Assembly: GCF_001194135.2 (NCBI RefSeq)
Contig: NC_068989.1
Span: 71,886,432 to 71,933,871 of the forward strand
Reading direction: 5' to 3'
Source: Octopus bimaculoides
Taxonomy: Eukaryota
DNA length: 47,440 nucleotides
The notes below the pieces were generated by a model. That model was not told where the DNA came from, did no database searches, and worked only from the letters and a program-made list of their open reading frames with translations. Both the position numbers and the translations under genes were made by a program. Shown piece after piece: positions 36,198 to 46,680 of this stretch (position 1 is its first letter; each line of letters begins with the position of its first letter).

Positions 36198-37324
36198 TAA
36201 TAATAATAAAATAATATTCTGGGGAGGGCATTAGTCAATTAAGTCACCACCAGTATTTGGTACTTTATTTTATCATGTCCTGAATGGATGGAAGGCAAAG
36301 TTGACTTCAGCAGGATTTGAACTTGGAATATAAACAGCTGGAAGAAATGCCACAAAGCATTTTGTTCAATGCTTTAATAATTTTTCCAGTTCCACTTAAT
36401 AATAATTGTATCTGATTAAAGCACAAACCAGCAATTTTGAGGGGAAAAGTTTAACCAATATCAGACTAGTGCTTAATTTTTATTGACCCAGGAAGGACAA
36501 AACGAAAAGTTGACCTTGACAGGATTTGAACTCAAAAAGTTAAAAAAACTGGAACAAATTACCACAAAGCATTTTACCAGTTGTTGTAACAATTCTGCTA
36601 TTGCACATAATATTAGTAAAAATTATTTCAAATTTTTGACACAATGGCAGCTTGCGGAGAGGTGGGGGGATGAGTTGATTACATCGACCACAGTTTTCAA
36701 CTGGCACTTATTTTATCGACCCTGAAAGGATGAAAGGCAAAGTCGACCTTGGGAGAATTTGAACTCAGAATGCAGCAACAGGTGAAATACTGCTAAGCAT
36801 TTCGTCCAGCATACTAATGATTCTGCTGGCTCGCAGCCTTACACATAATAGTAATGATAGAAGCAAAGATAATTAAAAAATAAATATACATAGCTAAGTG
36901 ACAGTTAATTACAGAGATAAAGATTAATATAATATGGTTAGAATAGAGGCAAAACCAGAGAGGGGAGTGAGAAAGCAGTGTACGGACAGTTTATCAGGAG
37001 ATATAAATTACAGTGTGAATAAACAAGGAATATGGGAAACAGTGAAATTCAGTTCTAAATGTTGAAACTAGAACACACACATAGGAAAAAAAAAAGAAGT
37101 ATTTAGTACAAATTATGTGATAAATAGCTTTGCACTAAGAATATTAAATCAATCATTTGTATTTAAACATTGTTATAAATGAGGTGAAAGTTTTAGTCTC
37201 CTATTGTGCAAATTCAGTAAACGTGTACAAAGAGAATAGATAAGAAGACAAACAATAATGCATATTCTGTTAATTGGAAACTAAAATCTGGGCAAAGATA
37301 GTAGGTGGTGGTATTGATCATGAA

Positions 37325-37650
37325 GTCATCATCATCATCATCATCGTTTAATGTCCGCTTTCCATGCTAGCATGGGTTGGACGATTTGACTAAGGACTGG
37401 TGAAACCGGATGGCAACACCAGGCTCCAATCTGATTTGGCAGAGTTTCTACAGCTGGATGCCCTTCCTAACGCCAACCACTCAGAGAGTGTAGTGGGTGC
37501 TTTTACGTGTCACCCGCACGAAGGCCAGTCAGGCGGTACTGGCAACGGCTACACTCAAAATGGTGCATTTTATGTGCCACCTGCACAAGAGCCAGTCCAG
37601 GGGCACTGGCAACGATCTCGCTCGAAAATCCTATGAAGGCCAGTTAGGCG
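37325..37650 (-). mobile_element. RTE-tail repeat, young copy
   Basis: Near-identical to the copy at 38156-38500. Confidence 0.9.
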
Positions 37651-37689
37651 GTAAAATGAGGAAACTGGGATTTCAACATTCAATGTCAT

Positions 37690-38155
37690 ATAGTAATTGG
37701 AGCAAGAAGACCAGGCATTGCAATCATAAATGGAGAGGAAAGATACTGTACAATAACTGTAAGATATAGCATTTCTGCATACAACAGTGTGAGAAGAGGA
37801 AAGAGGGTTGAGAAATATTTGGGCCTAAAAAGGTGTAGATATCATCAATGAAAAGAGACCACGATAACTGTATGTCATAGCATCTTAAGAAATGAAAACA
37901 GAGTGTATGCGAGAAGGGAAAAGAAAAAAAAACTGAGAAATAGTAAGACCTAAAAAGGCATAATTATCATCAACAAAAAGGTGATTGTACAATAACTGTA
38001 TGATATAGCATTTCTAATTGACAGCAGATTGTATGTGAGAAGAGAAAAGGAAAAAAATTTTAAATAGAAAGACCTAAGAAAGAGAAGTTGCAACTATGTG
38101 AAGTATGAAAAGAATTGAAATTGTGTCAATGACAGCAGACAGTTGTTGTACAATT
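37690..38155. repeat. Degenerate ~110-130-bp tandem repeat, 3-4 units
   Basis: ATAACTGT(A/AA)TGATATAGCATTTCT...GTGAGAAGAG..AAG recurs at about 37753, 37864 and 37992. Confidence 0.7.
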
Positions 38156-38500
38156 ACATCATCATCATCATCATCGTTTAACGTCCGCTTTCCATGCTAG
38201 CATGGGTTGGACGATTTGACTGAGGACTGGTGAAACCAGATGGCTACACCAGGCTCCAATCTGATTTGGCAGAGTTTCTATGGGTGGATGCCCTTCCTAA
38301 TGCCAACCACTCAGAGAGTGTAGTGGGTGCTTTTACGTGTCACCCGCATGAAGGCCAGTCAGGCGGTACTGGCAACGGCCACGCTCAAGATGGTGTATTT
38401 TATGTGCCACCTGCACAAGAGCCAGTCCAGGGGCACTGGCAACGATCTCGCTCGAAAATCCTACGAAGGCCAGTCAGGCGGTACTGGCAACGGCCACACT
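38156..38500 (-). mobile_element. RTE-tail repeat, young copy
   Basis: (CAT)n tail, same family as 37325-37650, with different flanks. Confidence 0.9.
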
Positions 38501-38884
38501 AAAAATGGGTACAAAGGAATGAAATCATGGTTGGAGAAGACTAGAACTGAAATTCAAACAGAATTTTTACAGAAACTGCAGGAATATCAAGGAAGATGCT
38601 TGGGAATTGATCTGATGAAAGAATGCCAAAGGTTCAGTGATCATTGGTTACAATTCACTCATAGAGTTGTAAAAATTACATAAGATCTGTGATAATAATA
38701 ACATTGGTTTCAAATTTTGGCACAAGGCCAGCAAATTTACGGAAAGTGGTTAAGTTGATTACATCAACTCCAGTGCTCAACTGCTATTTATTTAATCAAC
38801 CCTCATGAAATTTGAACTCAAAGCATAAAACCAGAAGAAATATCACTAAGAATGCTAACGATTCTACTTTTGATTTTGTTGACT

Positions 38885-40870
38885 ACACAGGCAGACAAAT
38901 CACAAATCTCTTCAGGTAGATGGCCCTGTTTGATCTGTAGAAAAGGTGTAGGTAGAAACTCTGTAAGATGTACCCAGTGTAAGCTATGAACACATAAGAG
39001 GTGCAGCAATATTAGAGGAAGGTTAACAAGGAAGATTGGTTTTGTGTGTGGAAGGTGCACAGGTACAATAAACACCCAAAACGTACAGAAAACAGATTCC
39101 ATCAGATGCCATGAAGGAAAACTAGACGTAGTCGATAGCTTCCGTTACCTAGGTGACCAAGTCAGTTGCAGGGGTGGATGCTCTGAGAACATAACTGCTA
39201 CATAAAGAATAGTATGGGCAAAGTTCACAGAGCTCCTACCTCTGCTGGTAACAAAGGGCTTGTTGCTCAGAGTGAAAGACAGACTATATGATGCCTGTGT
39301 GCGAACAGCCATGCTACATGGCAGTGAAATATGTGCTGTGACTGCTGAGGGCATGCGTAGGCTTGTAAGAAATGAAGCCAGTATGCTCTGCTGGATGTGT
39401 AACATCAGTGTGCATGCATAAAAGTGTAAGTATGCTGAGAGAAAAGTTGGACATAAGAAGCGTCAGGTGTGATATGCAAGAGAGATGACTGCGTTGGTAT
39501 GGTCACATGATGCATATGGATGAGGACAGCTGTGTGAAGAAGTGTTGCTCTCTAACGGTGGAGGGAACCTGTGGAAGGAGTAGACCCAGGAAGGCATGGG
39601 ATGAAGTGGTGAAATACGATCTTCGAATGTTGAGCTTCACAGAGGCAATGACAAGCGACCAAGACCTTCGGAGATATGCCATGCTTGAGAAGACCTGTCA
39701 AGCCAAGTGAGATTGTAGTCGTAACTGATGCTAGTTTTGCTTAACTGGCCCATTAAAAGCATCCTCCAATCATTGGGTGATATGCTGTGCTTGTAAAGAC
39801 CTTTATTCTTTTATTCGTTTCAGTCATTTGACTGCGGCCATGCTGGAGCACCGCTTTCAGTTGAATCAAATTGACCCCAGGACTTATTCTTTGTAAGCCT
39901 AGTACTTATCCTATCGTCCTCTTTTGCTGAATCACTAAGTTACGAGGACCTAAACACACCAGCATCGGTTGTCAAGCGATACTGGGGGGACAAACACAAA
40001 TACACAACATATACACACACATACATATATATATATACATATATACGATGGGCTTCTTTCAGTTTCCGTCTAGCAAATCTACTCACAAGGCTTTGGTCAG
40101 CCCGAGGCTATAGTAGAAGACACTTGCCCAAGGTGCCACACAGTGGGACTGAACCCGGAATCATGTGGTTGGTAAGCAAGCTACTTACCAGTGAAATCGT
40201 AGTCATGGCAGATGCCAGTGCCATCTGACTGGTGCCAGTGGCACATAAAAAGCACCATTTGTGTTCTGGACCTCATGGAGGCAATGACGTCAAGCCGAGT
40301 GAGATTGTAGTCGTGGCTGATGCCAGTGTCGTGTAACTGGTCTATTAAAAGACCCGTTGAACTGAGTGAAATTGTAGTTGTGGCCAATGCCAGTACCATC
40401 TGACTGGCACCTGTGCTAGTGGCATGTAGCACCCTTCAATAGTTGGGCGATATGTTGTGCTTGTGAAGACCTGTTGGAACGAGTGAAATTGTAGTCATGA
40501 CCGATGACAATGCCGTCTGACTGGCACCTGTGCTGGTAGCACCTAAAAGCACCACTCGAGTGCTGGGCCTCATGGAAGCAATGACAGGCGACCAATACCC
40601 TTGGCAATATACTGTGCTTGTGTTGACCTGTCAAGCCAAGTAAGACCGTAGTCGTGGCAGATGCCGGTGGCACGTAGAAACCACCTACTACACTCTGAGA
40701 GTGGTTGGAGTTAGGAAGAGCATCCAGCCATAGAAACATTGCCAAATCAGATTGGAACTTGGTGCAGCAGCTCATACCTCCCACCCCCACCGGGCTTACC
40801 AGTTTTCAGTCAAACTGTCCAACCCATGCCAGCATGGAAAGCGAACATTAAACGATGATGATGATAATGA
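38885..40870 (+). mobile_element. 5'-truncated RTE-clade LINE: PHD-like finger, RT C-terminus, repeat-rich 3'UTR and (GAT)n tail; a SINE is inserted at about 39803-40189
   Basis: VVDSFRYLGDQ, RIVWAKFTELLPLL, KDRLYDACVRTAMLHGSE, RLRWYGHMMHM, GRSRPRKAWDEVV..DL, EKTCQAK-stop. The 3'UTR has reiterated GAGATTGTAGTCGTGGCCGATGCCAGT modules and ends GAAAGCGAACATTAAACGATGATGATG. Confidence 0.9.
39803..40189 (-). mobile_element. tRNA-derived SINE, family A, nested in the RTE 3'UTR
   Basis: Collinear with 11470-11883; the head is truncated and RTE UTR modules lie on both sides. Confidence 0.88.
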
Positions 40871-41599
40871 CGGTTCTTAATTTTATCTACTCCATTCCCT
40901 AAATTTGTATGTATATATACGACAGGCTTCTTTCAGTTTCCGTCTACCAAATCTACTCACAAGGCTTTGGTCGGCCTGAGGCTACAGTAGAAGACATGTA
41001 TATATATATGTATATATATGTGGTTGGCGTTAGGAAGGGCATCCAACCGTAGAAACTCTGCCAAATTAGATTGGAGCCTGGTGTTGCCATCCGGTTTCAC
41101 CAGTCCTCAGTCAAATCGTCCAACCCATGCTAGCATGGAAAGTGGACGTTAAACGATGATGATGATGATGATGATATATATATATATATATATATATTGT
41201 CAGCATCATCATCATCATTTAACATCTGCTTTCTATGCTGGTATGGGTAAGACAGTTTGACTGAAACTGGTAAACTGATATAGCATGGTTTCTACTGCTG
41301 GATGCCCTTCCTAATGTCATATATATTTTATTATTTTATTTATTATGTATAAAATGCATGTGTGTGTGTGTATGTTTTCCACTTCTATGACATTCTGGTG
41401 TAATGTTTCAACTTGGAAGATTAAAAGATTCGTATGGCTTTTGACCTCACGAAGTTGTAATCTGGCATTTAACAGTAAGTAACCAAATCATTTTGAAATA
41501 ATTTCACACACACACACACAAATACATAGAAAGATAGATACATTTAAGTGGTACAAACATTCACACATAGAGATTATGCGGTACAAATACACGGAAAGA

Positions 41600-44166
41600 A
41601 ATAGAGGTTATATGATAGAAACAGAAGTAATAGAAGTCAATATACGCTAAAGTAGAACGTATATAATTTTAAAAAGATTTATTTAACTTTATATATTACG
41701 CGCACATGTAGGTGCATGTATGCCTGTCGTAATGTATGTGTAGATGTCGTTCACCTTTTATAGATATATGTGCGTGGAAAATGTATGTATACGTGTGTGT
41801 ATTCAAGCATTCACCCCGGTTTGACGTCTTATCGTTATATAATATCCTTTTTTTTCCCCTTTAAACTGTCGTCGCTGACAGAATAAGTCGAATTATATTT
41901 TACTATCGAACTAACAAAAGAAGCCTTTCCACGCGTGGTCATTCGACTTGGTAAAAATAACAGCGTTCTTTCGTTAGAAGCAGCAAGCCTCTTTACTATC
42001 TTAAAATATAAAGAGAGAAAATCATTCGGAAAATGTAGAAGTCACCCGATGTAAAAAAAAACAAAAAAAAACGGGGTGATCGCGAGAGGAGCGCCTCTGA
42101 TCATTGTTCCACCAACCGGATCAAAGGTTGACCTGGACCTCTACTACTGCTGTTGCTATTACTACTACTATATTCCGTAACAGATTGAGCTGCTCACTTT
42201 CCCCATCGCCAACTTCTATTTCTGTTTCCAGCGGTATCTCAAAATTTTTTTAATTAGGTCCAGTAGTTTCCCCTGATGTTGCAATTTGATCGGAAAAGTG
42301 CACGTCTTTGTTTCAATTATCTACTGATTTCATCATTCATCCTAACCCCCATCATTTCTTCAGTTCATTTATTTATTTATTTATTTTGTAAACTACGTTC
42401 GTTTTCACAAAATATTATATTAATTATACCATCTTTAAAGTAATTTATATATATTGTTTTAATTTTCTGTTTCAGATTTCTCTATTGTTCTTGTTACTTT
42501 TCGGTAGGGGGTGACAAGATTTTGGGACCACCCTGCACAGCCTAACATAGACGATAGAAACAATGTCGGACGTATCTTCGCCTTTGCGGTCCAAAATTCA
42601 AATTAGTCGGTAATTTAATATGGTCCTATACAATTATGCATGCATTTATATCTATGACGTAGTTCGTTAGTTCCCCAGGAGCTGAGGTTTCGCTTTAAAA
42701 AGATTTTGTACTTATTTAATTTTCTTTTCATTTTTTTCTTTTTTTTTAAATTAAGAAATTTAGCTTCCTTAACTAATTTTTAAGGTAACTCACTCTGCAA
42801 TTAGCAGCAGCAGTTTATTAAAGATAAGCAATTAAGTCGGCCCACAGCGAAACAGTAAGGTATCGAACTAATTGGTAATACGTTAGGATATTCGATTATC
42901 GATGCTAAAATTCTTAATTGCAAAATAAAGACTAAATAATTATCCATATTAAAAAAAGAAAATCGGAATATTTTTAGTTCCTAGGAAACTAATCACCAAA
43001 ACAGATGGAAAAAAAAAATACATACATAGGAGTGCATTAAAAAATAAATGTGAATTTCGGTCCGTAAAAGCGAGGATACCCGTATATATTATATTTACCT
43101 TTGTCGGCATGTTGATAAGGAACTTCGAAAATAAGACAAAAGATCGGCAAAGTAGCATCTTCGACCGAAACAACGCGAGTAGACAATCTTTTCATCATTA
43201 TTATCATCATCATCGTTATCTGCATCATCGCGGACAGAATTGTGATTTAAACACGGTGCGACTTTCTTATTTTCACTTTTCCTACCACCTATTTCGCCAT
43301 CTTCTATTTGCATATCATTTGCGCTTTTATTTCCATCATCATCATCATCGTCACCGTCATCATTAGTCTCCTCTCTTTCGCGTTCCAATACCTCCATTTC
43401 TTCCACGTTTGATAAAACTACTGACATGATGGAAATAAATGTACAAATGTGTCGCTTCAAATAATTTCCTTTCCGTGTGTCTTTCTTTCTTTCTTAACCT
43501 TTCTCTCTCTCTCTCACACACATCATAATCCTTTACGCTTTCTTCCCCTGTTTTTCTCTCACGATTTTTTTTACTCTGTTTCTTTCTCACTTTTTACTTC
43601 TCCCACTCTTACTCACGTCTTTCATTTTCTCTCCCTATGCCTGTATAACATATTTTATCGACTTTCGCACTGCCTCACTATGTCTATCTCATTGGTGCTC
43701 ATTCACCTCTCTCTCTCTTTCTCTTTTCTCCTCCCGCTCTTTGTCCAGCGCACTAAAAAGTCTCGACGATTACATCGATATCTCGACCTACTAGAAATAG
43801 CAGCCGAATCATCCTGAAACCACACTTTACTGTTTTAAAAACGTAAGGATATATTAGACAAGTGGTTCTCTATCTAGTTTTTTGTTGTTTTTTTTGCCTA
43901 TGAACCCCTTTAATTCCTATTTTACTTTGCTGGACTTTCATTGCCATTCGATATATATATATATATCACGGAGATGTACTTGCATAGTAAGTGACCTGAT
44001 CTGAGATCGTGTGCTGGAACGAAAACGATTGCAGCGTGGAAGGTGTTTATAAGCCATTTAAAATAACACACAAAAACCGTTAGATTCACTTCAACGTTTA
44101 AATTTAATTTGTCAAAATATTTTCTTCGCTTTGAGACCGCGACCTGTTCACTGACAAAATTCCATA

Positions 44167-44200
<34 letters not shown>

Positions 44201-44220
44201 CCGAGTGAGTGGACAAACTA
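41600..44220 (-). promoter_or_regulatory. CpG-retaining unique region around predicted exon 1 (probable promoter, 5'UTR and start of intron 1)
   Basis: By eye, CG dinucleotides are far more frequent here than in other unique DNA in the window, and SINEs are largely absent. A GA-rich tract (minus strand) at 43470-43740 precedes the ATG. Not counted computationally. Confidence 0.5.
43099..43427 (-). CDS. SLC16/MCT-family MFS transporter, predicted coding exon 1 (acidic N-terminal extension)
   Basis: First true ATG of ORF 43095-43460 is at 43427 (context ccATCATG). The frame runs to CAA AG|GTAAAT, a good donor in phase 2, which matches the phase-2 acceptor of the exon at 24883 (AG+C = Ser). It lies in the only CpG-retaining unique region and implies an 18.2-kb intron. 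No transcript evidence. Confidence 0.6.
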
Positions 44221-44280
44221 AAGAAGGGCGCTCAACCAATTTATTGGGAGTTACGTGTGTGTGTGTGTATATATATATAT

Positions 44281-44550
44281 ATCATCATCATCATCATCAT
44301 CATCATCGTTTAACGTCCGCTTTCCATGCTGTCATGGGTTGGACGATTTGACTGAGGACTGGTCAAACCAGATGGCTACACCAGGCTCCAATCTGATTTG
44401 GCAGAGTTTCTACAGCTGGATGCCCTTCCTAACGCCAACCGCTCAGAGAGTGTAGTGGGTGCTTTTACGTGTCACCCGCACGAAGGCCAGTCAGGCGGTA
44501 CTGGCAACGGCCACGCTCAAAATGGTGTATTTTATGTGTCACCCGCACAA
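44281..44550 (-). mobile_element. RTE-tail repeat, young copy
   Basis: (CAT)n-CGTTTAACGTCCGC... directly upstream of a family-A SINE. Confidence 0.9.
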
Positions 44551-44574
44551 GAGACAGTATATATACATATACTC

Positions 44575-44968
44575 TTTTTTTTACTCTTTTATTTGTTTCA
44601 GTCTTTTGACTGTGGCCATGCTGGAGCACCGCCTTTAGTCGAGCAAATCGACCCCAGGACTTATTCTTTGGAAGCCTAGTACTTATTATATCGGTCCCTT
44701 TTGCCGAACCGCTAAGTTACGGTGACATAAACACACCAGCATCGGTTGTCAAGCGATGTTGGGGGGGGGGACAAACACAGACATACAAACACATACACAC
44801 ATACATATATATATACATATATACGACAGGCTTCTTTCAGTTTCCGTCTACCAAATCCACTCACAAGGCTTTGGTCGGCCCGAGGCTATAGTAGAAGACA
44901 CTTGCCCAAGATGCCACGCAGTGGGACTGAACCAGGGACTATGTGGTTGGTAAGCAAGCTACTTACCA
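44575..44968 (-). mobile_element. tRNA-derived SINE, family A
   Basis: Collinear with 11470-11883. Confidence 0.9.
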
Positions 44969-45030
44969 CGTCCGTAAACATAAATCCGAAAAAAGAAGCA
45001 CACTCTAAGTTATAGAGCAGTACATATTAC

Positions 45031-45138
45031 AGTTAGATAAGGCCAATTTATGGGATTACCTTAGGTTTGATGTCTGTAAAGGGCCTGGCTTTATGGCGTG
45101 AAACCTAAATTAATCCCATAAACTGGCCTTATCTAACT
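45031..45138. repeat. 108-bp hairpin/MITE-like element (38-bp arms, 3 mismatches)
   Basis: 45031-45068 vs 45101-45138; the outer 28 bp have 1 mismatch. Confidence 0.85.
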
Positions 45139-45168
45139 TTTATATACATACATACATACATACATACC

Positions 45169-45217
<49 letters not shown>

Positions 45218-45659
45218 TATAATATTAGGGAGTGTCAAAATCCGAACTTACAAGGATATTCAATTTAATAATATCAAATTGAATTATATAATGAAAAATA
45301 TATTAATAATTTATATATATATATATGATGAATGAAATCTAGATTCATTCTAGTAATCGCGAAATCGGTCGATACACAATTAAGTTTATTTTAGAAGAAA
45401 GTTGGTCATCTGTTGGTTGTTTTTTCTTCGCATTAGGTACTAAATGTGGTTATTTTGAGAAGTCCACTGTGTGGCGTTATTATTTTTCTGTAATAATGCC
45501 CTTTATATAAATATCAGCATGACCGCAGCCACTTGGCTGAAACACATAAATAAATAAATAAATATAGCCAGTTAAAAAGCAGAAGAAAACAAACAAAGGT
45601 GAAGACATAGCATAAGCAATGTATATAATATGACGCTCAGAGAAAGAAGAGAGTTGTTG

Positions 45660-45692
45660 TTTTATGTTTCGAGCATAGCTCTTCTTCAGAAA
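45660..45692 (-). ncRNA. Minimal type-I hammerhead-ribozyme-like motif in a probable Penelope-type terminal repeat
   Basis: UUU-CUGAAGA-A-GAGC(UAU)GCUC-GAAA-CA-U-A-AAA. The core is intact, but stem III is weakened (ACAU instead of palindromic ACGU) and stem I is only 3 U-A pairs. Confidence 0.5.
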
Positions 45693-46279
45693 AAGGAAAA
45701 GAAGGAAAGTCCAGAGAGGAAGAAGGAGAAAAAATCGCCAACAGTTCATGTGCGGTTAGATGTCTGAAGTGTCTGGAAGTAGAAGGAGGAAGAGAAAGTG
45801 CTTTCTGGGATAGGAGAGTGTGAAAATGGTCGGTATAGATGTGTGTGTGTGTCGTTCAAAAAATCTCAAATACCACAGATGGCACTGAAGACAGTGTGTT
45901 GAATGAGGGTTTGATTGGTTCAAGTATGGAAAAGATAGCGAAATTCGGATGGAGATGAACATACCATAACTGATGATGAGCTGAACGACTACTATAACAT
46001 GACCACTGATGACTACACCGTAACTGATGAATAAATGAAAAGACTGTTTCATAGTGATGATGATCAAGAAGAATTTCGGGTTTCAATCCTGATAAAGTTT
46101 AATGACTATATCTAAATGAATAAACACTTTTCTTATCTAACATTTTTTTCTGTTCTGTTTGTAATTCTAGACATTTTTCTTGTCAAGTGGATTTATCAAA
46201 TTAGACTATTTTCATTAAGTCACTTTCACAAAAATGTTGTAATTTTATAAGCAAAGTTTTGAAATGAAGGTGAATATTT

Positions 46280-46680
46280 ACTCTTTTACTTGTTTCAGTC
46301 ATTTGACTGTGACCATGCTGGAGCACCACCTTTTAGTTGAGAAAATCGACCCGGGACTTATTCTTTGGAAGCCCAGTACTTATTCTGTCGGTCTCTTTTG
46401 CCGAACTGCTAAGTTACGGGGACATAAACACACCAGCATCGGTTGTCAAGTGATGTTGGGGGGACAAACACAGACACACAAACACATACACATATGTATA
46501 TATATACATACATACATATGATAGGCTTCTTTCAGTTTCCGTCTACCAAATCCACTCACAAGGCTTTGGTTGGCCCGAGGCTATAGTAGAAGACACTTGC
46601 CCAAGATGCCACACAGTGGGACTGAACCCGGGACCATGTGGTTGGTAAGCAAGCTATTTACCACACAGCCACTCTTACGC
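46280..46680 (-). mobile_element. tRNA-derived SINE, family A, flanked by a ~113-bp direct repeat
   Basis: Full-length copy. 46167-46279 is repeated at 46681-46792. Confidence 0.93.

Noticed and set aside
41475-42231. Plus-strand donor (GTAAGT, 41475) and acceptor (ttctgtttccag, 42231) suggesting an antisense spliced RNA
   Set aside because: Isolated splice-like motifs are common in AT-rich DNA; there is no ORF or other support.
43449-43817. 122-aa plus-strand hydrophobic ORF and 43109-43366 His-rich ORF
   Set aside because: Opposite-strand readings of the TC-rich 5'UTR and the (GAT)-rich exon 1; low complexity and no ATG-based evidence.
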